The position numbers and the translations under genes are program-made. Below are positions 26,752 to 35,226 of a stretch of 64,000 nucleotides of DNA, in pieces; the first letter of the stretch is position 1; the number at the start of each line of letters is the position of its first letter. The stretch covers positions 7,343 through 71,342 of the forward strand of contig JAFQQM010000001.1 in NCBI GenBank assembly GCA_017410585.1, in the 5' to 3' direction. Under the pieces are notes generated by a model. It was not told the origin of the DNA, made no database searches, and was given only the letters and a program-made list of their open reading frames with translations. The stretch is from Clostridia bacterium. Its GTDB lineage: Bacteria > Bacillota > Clostridia > Oscillospirales > Acutalibacteraceae.

Positions 26752-27192
26752 TTACTTGTCGCCCTTCTTTTCCAGCGTGATCTTCAGCCGCTCTGCCAAC
26801 TTTTGTAAAAAGGTCGGCAACGGCACTCCCAACTCGCTGACGTTTTCCAAAATACTGATCAGTTCGTTGACGATCAGCCAGAAGGTCACCAGAAGCCCGA
26901 CCGCAAAGCGGACGGTCATATCGACCCCCAGCGTCTGGGCGGCTTCGGCGATGACGTAATCGGTCACCAACCCCACCGCCACCACCGCCAGATTGGCGAT
27001 CTTTTTTAAAATTCCGCTGATACCCACGCGGCTGCACAGCGTTTTGGTCACCACCGCTTTGGCGATGCCGGTACCGTAATCCACCAGCATGACCAACAAC
27101 AGCACCGCCACAGGGACGGCCAGTTGCGAAAAGCAGGCGGCGACTGCCGCCGCCGCCGAAGCGAGCACAGCGCGGAAAGTCGTTGCTTGCAT
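26752..27192 (-). CDS. Phage holin (LL-H / Phage_holin_4_1-like)
   Basis: 146 aa with multiple TM helices. It has the DYGTGIAKA...SRVGISGILKKI motif and a charged C-terminus. Confidence 0.85.
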   Translation of the reverse strand: MQATTFRAVLASAAAAVAACFSQLAVPVAVLLLVMLVDYGTGIAKAVVTKTLCSRVGISGILKKIANLAVVAVGLVTDYVIAEAAQTLGVDMTVRFAVGLLVTFWLIVNELISILENVSELGVPLPTFLQKLAERLKITLEKKGDK

Positions 27193-27216
27193 CGTGATTC
27201 ACCTCTCAGGGGTAGT

Positions 27217-27239
27217 CCCCCGCCCACGTTGGGCGGGGG
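27217..27239 (-). other. GC-rich stem-loop between the capsid and holin genes
   Basis: CCCCCGCCCA-ACG-TGGGCGGGGG, a perfect 10-bp stem with no U-tract. Confidence 0.7.
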
Positions 27240-27247
27240 ACGGGGGA

Positions 27248-28162
27248 TTATTCAGCCAACGCGGCGACGATACCGCCGCCCAGACTGTTTTTGACAAACA
27301 GATCGTAGTACACGCGGTAATCGATCTTGTACGCATCCGCCACTTGGTTCTGATCCGGCGTGAAGGTGCGGGTCTTTTCGGTCTTTTTGACCAGCGAAGC
27401 CGCACGCTTGGGCATCAGCAACAGGCTGATCCCCCACGCATCGGAAGCCGGCTGGAAGCCGCCTTCGGCCTGACCGTCGGTGGTGCCGTCACGGAAGGTA
27501 TACTTGGTCTTCATACGGCTCTTTTCCACCGGAATGAGCGCCACACCGTTGAGGGTGGTGACTTCGGTGGTGATCTCACCCTTCTGCATCTGGTTGACGG
27601 TCATCATACGGGCGATCTCTTCCGAACGCTGCAACGCGGCGATGACCGCATAATCCACAAACGCCACCAGTTCCTCGTCGTAGCCGACGGCGTCACGCGC
27701 CATTTCCACCGCTTCGCTGAACATCTTGTACGGCGCGGTCAGATCGGTATCGAGCACCTGACCGTTCTCCGAGGCGTAGGCCGCCAGTTTGGAGAGGTTG
27801 TAGGCGTCCATTTCGGGAACGACCTTGGTGCGGACGAATTCCGCCAGCACCTCGCCGGCCAGATTGGCAATGCCGGTCTCATCTTCGTCCTCTCGGTCGA
27901 GTTGGAAGGAACGGCCGCGGTCCATCGCCAGCGTGTACGGCTGGTTGGAGACCTGAATGCTGCCGCCCACAAAGCCGGTGTCGCGGTCGTAGTTGCCCAG
28001 ACCGGACATATCCACTTCGGGGATCAGCACCGTCTTGGCGCCGACAAACTTGGCGCGCAGTGCGTTATCGGCAAGGAAACCGGTCGCGGCCTTCTGTACA
28101 ACGGCTTTGTCCAGTTCCTGCGTCATCGCGGTATTAAATTCGATCGTGTTGATAGTAGACAT
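27248..28162 (-). CDS. Phage major capsid protein
   Basis: 304 aa, preceded by a scaffold-like gene. The N-terminus MSTINTIEFNTAMTQELDKAVVQKAATGF resembles capsid proteins of Firmicutes phages. Strong RBS. Confidence 0.8.
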   Translation of the reverse strand: MSTINTIEFNTAMTQELDKAVVQKAATGFLADNALRAKFVGAKTVLIPEVDMSGLGNYDRDTGFVGGSIQVSNQPYTLAMDRGRSFQLDREDEDETGIANLAGEVLAEFVRTKVVPEMDAYNLSKLAAYASENGQVLDTDLTAPYKMFSEAVEMARDAVGYDEELVAFVDYAVIAALQRSEEIARMMTVNQMQKGEITTEVTTLNGVALIPVEKSRMKTKYTFRDGTTDGQAEGGFQPASDAWGISLLLMPKRAASLVKKTEKTRTFTPDQNQVADAYKIDYRVYYDLFVKNSLGGGIVAALAE

Positions 28163-28186
28163 CGTTGTTTCTCCTTTTCTTTTCGT

Positions 28187-28909
28187 TTAGATTCGACTGC
28201 GGAATCCCTGCAGGAAGGATCGGCTGGTCGCCGTCACCCCGTCTTCCGGTATCGAGCGGAGCGATCCGACCGCCACCGCCGAAGCGGCGGCCGCCGCCTG
28301 CTGTGCCTGTCCGACCCGACGTTGCTGTGCATAGGCGTGCGCCAGCCAGCATTCGGTCAACGACCGTCCGCTTTCGGCCGCCTGCCGCCACAATGATTCG
28401 GGTAGCGAATCGACGTCGCCCACTTCCGGATAGGCCGCTTTGAGCGCCAAAAACTCCTCGGTCAGACGTTCGTTCATCAGCGCCTGCCCGTCCGCTTCCG
28501 CCGCTTCGGTGATCGGCGCGTGGCGTGCCGCCAGCAATTCCCTTGCCGCGGCTTCGTTGCCGCCCACTTCCTTTAGCAATTCCTCGTATTGTACTTCTTC
28601 CAGCGCTTCTGCCATCTTTTCGACGGCTTGCTCCGGTCGTGAACAACCCAACGCCCGACCGATGGTCTTCAGCCGTTCAAATTGAGGGGAAAACTGTTCA
28701 AACCGTAAGCCTTTTTGCAACAGGCCGGTGACGCGCTGGGTGTCGTCGGCCTGCACGCGGACCACCTCGCCGTTGTATACGGGGAGATAGACACCGCTTT
28801 CCGCTTCTGCGGGTCGGTTGTCGGCATCGGTCGGGGTATTGACCTCCGCCGCGGGGGACGTGCCTGTATCTTCAGCGGTTGGGATACCCGCTTGGATTTT
28901 TTCTTCCAT
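28187..28909 (-). CDS. Scaffolding-protein candidate
   Basis: 240 aa, acidic, A/E/L-rich and helical, immediately upstream of the capsid gene. Confidence 0.5.
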   Translation of the reverse strand: MEEKIQAGIPTAEDTGTSPAAEVNTPTDADNRPAEAESGVYLPVYNGEVVRVQADDTQRVTGLLQKGLRFEQFSPQFERLKTIGRALGCSRPEQAVEKMAEALEEVQYEELLKEVGGNEAAARELLAARHAPITEAAEADGQALMNERLTEEFLALKAAYPEVGDVDSLPESLWRQAAESGRSLTECWLAHAYAQQRRVGQAQQAAAAASAVAVGSLRSIPEDGVTATSRSFLQGFRSRI

Positions 28910-28926
28910 CGTCGTTTCCTTTCTTT

Positions 28927-29295
28927 TTAAGCGATATTCCGCGGCAACGCATCAATGCGCTGTTCGGTCGTAGTCAGCAACCCGCGTTTGCGGTTGTAAA
29001 TGAGCGCAAACGCCGCTTCGGTGTTGGTATCGCCCTCGGCGATCGCCAATAGCATCGCCACACCGTACGGCATCACCTCATCCAGTAACCGCCGCGAAAG
29101 CGGCAACGGCATCGACATATCGGTGATCGTCGACGGCGCTGTGCCGCTGGCGTAGGACAACTCGCTGTAGATCTGCCGTACCGCCGCCAACCCATGCCGA
29201 TTGGCGGAGCGTGCCGCTTCCGAGTCGATGTCGCCGTTTTGGTCGGTGTAACCCATCAGAGTCAACGCTCGCTGTAAGATCTGATTGCCGTTCAT
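28927..29295 (-). CDS. Small phage protein, head-tail adaptor/connector candidate
   Basis: 122 aa and helical. The call rests on size and context only. Confidence 0.4.
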   Translation of the reverse strand: MNGNQILQRALTLMGYTDQNGDIDSEAARSANRHGLAAVRQIYSELSYASGTAPSTITDMSMPLPLSRRLLDEVMPYGVAMLLAIAEGDTNTEAAFALIYNRKRGLLTTTEQRIDALPRNIA

Positions 29296-29296
29296 T

Positions 29297-30052
29297 TCAC
29301 TTCACCGCCTTCTCTGCGACCCAGCCGGTCACGTAGCCGGCCTTGCCGACCCATTCGGGGCGCACCGTAATACGCACCCGACCGCTCACTACCGCCTTAT
29401 CCCAACGGTAATAGGTGCCGGTGGCGGTGCCTGCCGCCGTTTTGGCGCTGGCAGACACGTATAACGGCTCGCGCTTAAGTGTAAAGCCTTTTGACTTGCC
29501 ATCATCGGCCGGCACCGGCTCTTTCTCGGTGCGGTAGGGGACGTCGTACAACTCGCAAATGGCGCGAACAGTATCTTCCGCCATCTTCGCCATATTTCTG
29601 TGGAACCACTGGCAATCCGCCGCATTGTCGTGAAAAATCAGTTCGTCGTAAAGGCAAACGGCTTTCGTCGCACGGATCTCGTACAGTTCGCGGTTGACCA
29701 CCACCTTGTGGGTGGTCGGCACCGTTTTGCGGTGCTTGTGCAGGATGTTGGCGGCACTTTTGTTGGTGCTGTCATCCCAGCACATGGTCATCGAATACCG
29801 TCCGCCGCCGGCATTGGTGTGTGCCACGTAATGCAGATCGGCGTTCCACGCATTCGACTCCGCCACGCGGTCGATCATCGCGTCGGTGCCGGTTGCCGGA
29901 CCGCCTCGTTTGACCGAAAATCCCAATGCCTTCAATCGTTTTTCCACGATATCCATATACTGTCCGCAGTGGGTGTTCTCACTGCATTTTCCTTCACACT
30001 TGGTGGGGTTGTCACTGCCGTGCAGTGCCGGAGACAGATAGATCTTTGCCAT
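29297..30052 (-). CDS. N-acetylmuramoyl-L-alanine amidase endolysin with an SH3-like C-terminal domain
   Basis: IYLSPALHGSDN...DLHYVAHTNAGGG (Amidase_3-type zinc site). The C-terminus YYRWDKAVVSGRVRIT...GWV is SH3b-like. Confidence 0.8.
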   Translation of the reverse strand: MAKIYLSPALHGSDNPTKCEGKCSENTHCGQYMDIVEKRLKALGFSVKRGGPATGTDAMIDRVAESNAWNADLHYVAHTNAGGGRYSMTMCWDDSTNKSAANILHKHRKTVPTTHKVVVNRELYEIRATKAVCLYDELIFHDNAADCQWFHRNMAKMAEDTVRAICELYDVPYRTEKEPVPADDGKSKGFTLKREPLYVSASAKTAAGTATGTYYRWDKAVVSGRVRITVRPEWVGKAGYVTGWVAEKAVK

Positions 30053-30055
30053 CGT

Positions 30056-31147
30056 TTATCCCTCCTTTACAAGCAGATGCAAAGTGGCGTTGGTGCCGGT
30101 ATCGTTGACCACCGCGCCGCCGCCGGTCAGATCGGCGATCAGCGATCCGCATGCGCCGCTATTAAATTGGTATTGCACGATCGCGCGATGGGTTCCGCTG
30201 TAGTTGGTGCAATGCAACTGAATGTAGGACAGATCGCTCAGCAAAATGCCGCCGCCCACGGACAGCGAAAGACGCTCGCCCATACCGGTGATGAAAGCGT
30301 TTTTCGGGATGCTCATCGACTTGTAGGCGGTCAGTGTGTAGGAGGTAAATTGCGGCACGGCCGCATTTTCCACGTACGGTGCGTTGATGATGGACCAGAC
30401 GTTGCCGTTTTTGAGGATCTGCGCGCAGGCTTTTTTGCCGGTGGAGGTGGTAATGGCAAACTGTGCGTACCAACTGTGATCGCACAGGGTCATAAAACCG
30501 AGCAGATTGCCGTATACCAGATAGACCATCCGACCGCTTTTGTACGCCTCGCTGATGACGTCGTAAGTGGTCTGACCGTACACTGCAAACAGCGGCATCC
30601 GGTTTTCCACTTCGGTCACCAGCCCATCGGCGATCTCCTCGGCGACCGCCGCCTTGTCCACCGCCTGCGCGGCGGCCAGTTCTGCCGTATCGGCGCATCG
30701 TTCCGCTACCTCGGCATCCTTCGCCACCGCCATCAGCATTTCGGATAAACTGTGCTTGATGACCGGCAGGTTCTCCGCTTCGCGGTCGTCAAAGTACACC
30801 GTGCCGGTCATCACCGTCGCGGCGGACAGTTCGTTGCCCGCTTGGTCAAATTCGGTGGCGATCAGTCGCACACAGCAACGTCCGCCTGCCTGTGTGAAGG
30901 GACGGGTCAGCCTTTGGGAGACCAACCCGACGTTGTCGGGTTTCTGCAGATCGCCGACCACCAGCGACCCACAGCCGTTGACCATTTCAATACGAAAATA
31001 CACGCTGTCGCCGACCGTTGCGTCCGGCGGCAGGAAACCGACGAGGCAACGCCCGTTATCGCCCTGCACTCCCGCATACTGCGGCGCAGTGGGTGTGCAT
31101 ACGCCGTTTTTCATCTGAAAGATCACGTTCAGATTGGGTTGAATCAT
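30056..31147 (-). CDS. Phage-like tail fibre / receptor-binding candidate (363 aa)
   Basis: An N-terminal beta domain, a central Ala/Glu-rich helical segment (AVAKDAEVAERCADTAELAAAQAVDKAAVAEE) and a C-terminal beta domain. No family is recognised. Confidence 0.45.
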   Translation of the reverse strand: MIQPNLNVIFQMKNGVCTPTAPQYAGVQGDNGRCLVGFLPPDATVGDSVYFRIEMVNGCGSLVVGDLQKPDNVGLVSQRLTRPFTQAGGRCCVRLIATEFDQAGNELSAATVMTGTVYFDDREAENLPVIKHSLSEMLMAVAKDAEVAERCADTAELAAAQAVDKAAVAEEIADGLVTEVENRMPLFAVYGQTTYDVISEAYKSGRMVYLVYGNLLGFMTLCDHSWYAQFAITTSTGKKACAQILKNGNVWSIINAPYVENAAVPQFTSYTLTAYKSMSIPKNAFITGMGERLSLSVGGGILLSDLSYIQLHCTNYSGTHRAIVQYQFNSGACGSLIADLTGGGAVVNDTGTNATLHLLVKEG

Positions 31148-31165
31148 AAAGTCACTCCTTTGTCG

Positions 31166-31540
31166 TTACTCGGACAGTTCCGCTTCACCGGTAAACGCGA
31201 TGTTGAGATCGGCGCGTACGTCGGCTTTGTCGGTGTATCCGAAATTGTTTTTGCCGAGAAATGCCGCACCGGTATGACTGCCGGTCTTCATCAATTCTTC
31301 GGCCAGTGCCGCCCCGATGCGGTAATACTGCTCGCACAGCAGACGGCGGATGCGTGTTTCGGCGGGGGAGAGGACGGTCGGCTCGGCGTGGACGTACGCT
31401 AAAAATGCCTCGCGAGATAGACCCAGACCCGCCGCCAATCGCTCCACCGTCAGCGGAACACCTCGCTTTTCGGCGATCGCTTCGGCCTGTTCGATCGCCT
31501 CCTTGACCCGCTTGGGACTGCGGAAAATGTTGTTTGCCAT
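31166..31540 (-). CDS. Phage terminase small subunit
   Basis: The start is at the internal Met (MANNIFRSPK...) with an AAAGGAGG RBS. It has an HTH-like LTVERLAAGLGLSREAF segment and a C-terminal AAFLGKNNFGYTDK motif typical of TerS. Confidence 0.75.
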   Translation of the reverse strand: MANNIFRSPKRVKEAIEQAEAIAEKRGVPLTVERLAAGLGLSREAFLAYVHAEPTVLSPAETRIRRLLCEQYYRIGAALAEELMKTGSHTGAAFLGKNNFGYTDKADVRADLNIAFTGEAELSE

Positions 31541-31661
31541 CAATGCTTGCCTCCTTTCGCTTTGAGCATACCACGTTACTGCCGTGCAAAACGGATAGCC
31601 ACCGCCTTGCCGGCAACTGTAGCCCGCCTGCACTCCGGCTGTAAAAGATTTGCTCATACCC

Positions 31662-31690
31662 TTGATTTTTTTGCACAAAAGGCTTATAAT
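31662..31690 (+). promoter_or_regulatory. Sigma-A promoter for the kinase gene (TTGATT-N17-TATAAT)
   Basis: -35 at 31662-31667 and -10 at 31685-31690. Confidence 0.65.
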
Positions 31691-31733
31691 GGTATCCTAT
31701 CTGTTTACCCAAACGTATTTGGAGGTTGTCTTT

Positions 31734-33032
31734 ATGCCTACAGTTTCCCAATGGAGAGAAGCGCTCGGTAGCGGTCATTACGACCGTTCGCTGGCTTACT
31801 TATACGGTGAGGACGGCGTTTTTGCCGCCCGCACCCGCTATCTGCGCGTAATCGACGGGTATGTTGCCACTTTCGGTGAACCGTCCGACCTGCGCCTGTT
31901 TTCCGCTCCCGGTCGCACCGAGATCGGCGGCAACCATACCGACCACAACCACGGCCGTACGCTGGCCGCTTCGGTGGATATGGACGTCATTGCGGCGGTC
32001 GAAGCGACCGACGGTGATATTGCCGTCCAATCGGAAGGCTACCCGATGGATCGTGTTTCCCCGTGGGAACTGCAGGCGGTCGAAGAGGAAAAAGGCCGTT
32101 CGGTCTCGCTCGTCCGCGGTCTGGCCGCCCGTTTTGCCCATTTTGGGTGGGAGATCGGCGGCTTTAACGCCTACACCATCTCCTCCGTCCCGAAGGGGTC
32201 GGGTCTGTCCTCTTCCGCCGCCTATGAAGTGCTGTTGGCCACCGTGCTCAACGCGCTGTATAACGACGGCTCCATCTCCCGCCTTGAACTCGCCAAAGCG
32301 TCGCAGTACGCCGAGTGTGTGTATTACGGCAAACCGTGCGGTCTGCTGGATCAGACGGCGTCCTCGGTCGGCGGTATCGTGACCATGGACTTTGCCGACC
32401 CGACCGATCCGGCGGTGGAATCGGTGGCGGTCAAATTCGATGACTTCGGTCTGTCGCTGTGTGTGGTGGACGCTCACGCCGACCACGCCGACCTCACCGA
32501 CGAATACGCCGCCGTTACTCGCGAGATGAAGGCGGTCTCTCAGCAACTGGGCGTCCAGTTTCTGCGTGAGACGGATTACGCTTCGCTGTTGGCCAATATG
32601 CCGGCTGTCCGCGCATCCTGCGGCGACCGTGCGGTGTTACGTGCGTTGCATTTCTTTGCGGAGGACGCTCGCGTCCCGCAGCAGGTGGAAGCACTTCGCT
32701 CCGGTGACGTCGACGCATTTTTGAAACTCATCAAAGAATCGGGCAATTCCTCGTTTGAATATTTACAAAACGTCTATCCCTGCGGCGCCACCACGGCGCA
32801 GGCGCTGGCGGTCGCGTTGGCGGTTGCTCAGAGCGAACTGGGCGACGAGGGCGCTTGGCGTGTCCATGGCGGCGGTTTCGGCGGCACGATCTTGTGCTTC
32901 GTTTCGCATACCAAGACCGCCGATTTCGTCCGTTGTATGGACGCTATCTTCGGAAAGGACAGTTGCCGTGTGTTGCGTATCCGTCCGATCGGCGGTGCGG
33001 AACTCGGCGGTGACCACGTGATGTCGGTATGA
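31734..33032 (+). CDS. GHMP-family sugar kinase, galactokinase-like
   Basis: PGRTEIGGNHTDHNHG and PKGSGLSSSAA (GHMP ATP motif). GGAGG lies 8 nt before the ATG at 31734. Confidence 0.8.
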   Translation: MPTVSQWREALGSGHYDRSLAYLYGEDGVFAARTRYLRVIDGYVATFGEPSDLRLFSAPGRTEIGGNHTDHNHGRTLAASVDMDVIAAVEATDGDIAVQSEGYPMDRVSPWELQAVEEEKGRSVSLVRGLAARFAHFGWEIGGFNAYTISSVPKGSGLSSSAAYEVLLATVLNALYNDGSISRLELAKASQYAECVYYGKPCGLLDQTASSVGGIVTMDFADPTDPAVESVAVKFDDFGLSLCVVDAHADHADLTDEYAAVTREMKAVSQQLGVQFLRETDYASLLANMPAVRASCGDRAVLRALHFFAEDARVPQQVEALRSGDVDAFLKLIKESGNSSFEYLQNVYPCGATTAQALAVALAVAQSELGDEGAWRVHGGGFGGTILCFVSHTKTADFVRCMDAIFGKDSCRVLRIRPIGGAELGGDHVMSV

Positions 33033-33607
33033 TCATTCACGATATTTCCCGCGGGTTGCTCGCTTCGCCGGTGTATCCCGGCGATCCGACTCCGTCGTTG
33101 CAAAAACAAAAGGATATGGCGTTCGGCGACCTGTACAATCTCACCGCGCTGTCGCTGTCGTCCCATAACGGCACCCATTTAGACGCCCCGTTGCACTTCG
33201 TGCCGGACGGTGCGGATATTCCGGCCGTTCCGCTGACGCAGGTGGTGGGGGAATGTACGGTGGCGGAGTTTTCCGGTGCCATCCTCGCCACCGACGTGGA
33301 AGATCTGCTCCCGTCGGTCAAGGACCGCCGTTTGCTTATTAAAGGGGAGGCTTGGGTCACCCCGTCGGCCGCCTACCTGCTCTCCGACCTGCAGTTGCTC
33401 GGTACGGAGCAGACGTCGATCGCTCCGCCGGAGCATACTGCCTCGGTGCATCGCCACCTGCTGGCGGAAAACACCGTGTTGCTGGAAAATCTCGATCTCT
33501 CCGGCGTCAAGCCCGGCACGTATTTCTTGGTGGCCGCCCCTTTGAAGGTGGAGGGGGCGGAAGGCGCACCGGTCCGCGCCCTGCTGTTTGAAAAAGAGAC
33601 GTGGTAA
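33029..33607 (+). CDS. Cyclase-family protein (arylformamidase-like)
   Basis: HNGTHLDAPLHF signature. The start overlaps the upstream stop (ATGA). Confidence 0.8.
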   Translation: MIIHDISRGLLASPVYPGDPTPSLQKQKDMAFGDLYNLTALSLSSHNGTHLDAPLHFVPDGADIPAVPLTQVVGECTVAEFSGAILATDVEDLLPSVKDRRLLIKGEAWVTPSAAYLLSDLQLLGTEQTSIAPPEHTASVHRHLLAENTVLLENLDLSGVKPGTYFLVAAPLKVEGAEGAPVRALLFEKETW

Positions 33608-33615
33608 AAAAACGC

Positions 33616-33644
33616 TTGCATTTTGTCAAACGGTGTGTTATACT
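33616..33644 (+). promoter_or_regulatory. Sigma-A promoter (TTGCAT-N17-TGtTATACT) for the metK leader
   Basis: -35 at 33616-33621 and an extended -10 at 33636-33644. Confidence 0.7.
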
Positions 33645-33663
33645 GTCCTTTGCAAAAATGAAT

Positions 33664-33812
33664 AATCTTCTTATCAAGAGTGACGGAGGGAACAGGCCCT
33701 ACGATGTCCGGCAACCTGTCGCGTAAGCGAAAAGGTGCCAAATCCTGCGGGTAAAACCGAAAGATGAGTGCTGAAAAAGCGACGCTGTCGGGTTTCCCGA
33801 CAGCGTCTTTTT
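33664..33812 (+). ncRNA. SAM-I (S-box) riboswitch with an intrinsic terminator
   Basis: CTTATCAAGAGTGACGGAGGGAACAGGCCCTACGATGTCCGGCAACC...AAGGTGCCAAATCCTGC...GAAAGATGAG matches the S-box consensus. The terminator GCGACGCTGTCGGG-TTTC-CCGACAGCGTC-TTTTT follows, and metK is downstream. Confidence 0.9.
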
Positions 33813-33840
33813 ATGTGTAATTATTAGGAGGTATAAGAAT

Positions 33841-35031
33841 ATGGCAAAACGATTATTCACTTCGGAATCGGTGACCGAAGGTCATCCCGATAAACTTTGC
33901 GATCAGGTCTCGGATGCGGTGTTGGATGCGATCCTCGCCCAAGATCCGGAGGCGCACGTCGCCTGCGAAACGGCCACCACCACCGGTATGGTCATCGTGA
34001 TGGGCGAGATCACCACCACCGCCACGGTGGACTTTCAGTCCATCGTCCGCGAAGTGGTATGCGATATCGGCTACAACGACGCGTCCACGTATTTTGACGG
34101 CAACTCCTGCGCGGTGCTGACCACCGTCCACGGTCAGTCGCCCGATATTGCCATGGGCGTCAACAACGCGCTGGAAGCGCGTGACGGCTTTGATACCGAT
34201 TACGACCGCGTCGGTGCGGGCGATCAGGGTATGATGTTCGGTTATGCCTGCGACGAGACCCCCGAACTGATGCCGTTGCCCATCTCGTTGGCGCAGAAAC
34301 TGGCGATGCAGTTGACTGCTGTGCGTAAGGACGGTACCCTGCCGTATCTGCGTCCGGACGGCAAAACGCAGGTGACGGTGGAGTACGACGAAAACAACGT
34401 CCCCGTCCGTGTGGATACGGTGGTCGTTTCCACCCAGCACGACGAGCAGGTCTCGTTGGAGACCATCCGTGCCGACCTCATCGAGAAGGTCATCCGTCCG
34501 ATCGTCCCCGCCTCGTTGCTGGATGACGACACCCGTGTGTTGGTCAATCCCACCGGCCGCTTCGTCATCGGCGGCCCGCACGGCGACAGCGGTCTGACCG
34601 GCCGTAAGATCATTGTCGATACCTACGGTGGCTACGCCTGCCATGGCGGCGGTGCCTTCTCGGGCAAAGACCCGACCAAGGTGGACCGCTCGGCGGCGTA
34701 TATGGCTCGCTATGCGGCGAAAAACCTCGTTGCGGCCGGTCTGGCCAAACGTTGCGAGGTGCAACTCGCCTACGCCATCGGCGTGGCCAACCCCGTTTCG
34801 GTGCGTGTGGATACCGAGGGGACCGGCAAACTGCCGGACGATTTGCTGGCGGAAGCGCTGAAGAAAGCGTTTGATTTCCGTCCGGCCGCCATCATCGATA
34901 CGCTGAAACTGCGTGCGCCGATCTATCGCCGCTTGGCGGCGTACGGCCATATGGGCCGCGAAGATCTCGGTGTGCAGTGGGAGAAGACCGATCGCGTGGA
35001 ATCCCTGCGCAAGGCCGTCGAAACGCTGTAA
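33841..35031 (+). CDS. metK: S-adenosylmethionine synthase
   Basis: [29 protein letters not shown] and GGGAFSGKD motifs. Confidence 0.98.
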   Translation: MAKRLFTSESVTEGHPDKLCDQVSDAVLDAILAQDPEAHVACETATTTGMVIVMGEITTTATVDFQSIVREVVCDIGYNDASTYFDGNSCAVLTTVHGQSPDIAMGVNNALEARDGFDTDYDRVGAGDQGMMFGYACDETPELMPLPISLAQKLAMQLTAVRKDGTLPYLRPDGKTQVTVEYDENNVPVRVDTVVVSTQHDEQVSLETIRADLIEKVIRPIVPASLLDDDTRVLVNPTGRFVIGGPHGDSGLTGRKIIVDTYGGYACHGGGAFSGKDPTKVDRSAAYMARYAAKNLVAAGLAKRCEVQLAYAIGVANPVSVRVDTEGTGKLPDDLLAEALKKAFDFRPAAIIDTLKLRAPIYRRLAAYGHMGREDLGVQWEKTDRVESLRKAVETL

Positions 35032-35042
35032 CCAAAAAACTC

Positions 35043-35074
35043 ACCGCCCGATGCGTGTCATCGGGCGGTATTTT
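35043..35074 (+). terminator. Intrinsic terminator after metK
   Basis: ACCGCCCGATG-CGTGT-CATCGGGCGGT-ATTTT. Confidence 0.85.
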
Positions 35075-35146
35075 GCCCTATAACCCCTTGATTTGACCGG
35101 CGTTTTTGTCGTAAATGACAAAATGTCACAAACCGAAAAAAAGGTC

Positions 35147-35175
35147 TTGCATCCTATCGCGAAATGTGCTATAGT
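35147..35175 (+). promoter_or_regulatory. Sigma-A promoter (TTGCAT-N17-TATAGT) for the ACT-hom-thrB-ask operon
   Basis: -35 at 35147-35152 and -10 at 35170-35175, preceded by TGC. Confidence 0.6.
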
Positions 35176-35226
35176 GTATTCCATAGCAAAACACCTGTTT
35201 TCGGACGGCGGACAGAGGAGGCGCTT

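Larger units (their letters stand above)
20836..31540 (-). mobile_element. Compact phage-like particle gene cluster (12 ORFs): head, short-tail, lysis and packaging genes only
   Basis: Contiguous co-directional ORFs: TerS, fibre-like, amidase, adaptor-like, scaffold-like, capsid, holin, TerL, portal, 665-aa, 241-aa and 52-aa. No integrase, repressor or replication gene is seen. Confidence 0.8.

Noticed and set aside
26735-27202. A 155-aa alternative-frame ORF overlapping the holin. There are similar alternative frames at 28134..28646 and 31185..31778.
   Set aside because: They lie on the same strand but in a different frame from ORFs with clear holin, scaffold or TerS character. They are Arg/Gly-rich and lack an RBS.
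20836-31540. Interpretation as a complete inducible temperate prophage.
   Set aside because: The block contains no integrase, excisionase, repressor, replication or anti-termination genes, and has no flanking tRNA or att repeats. It is flanked directly by core genes, so it is reported instead as a GTA-like or defective particle cluster.
33853-34950. A 365-aa minus-strand ORF.
   Set aside because: It is antisense to metK.
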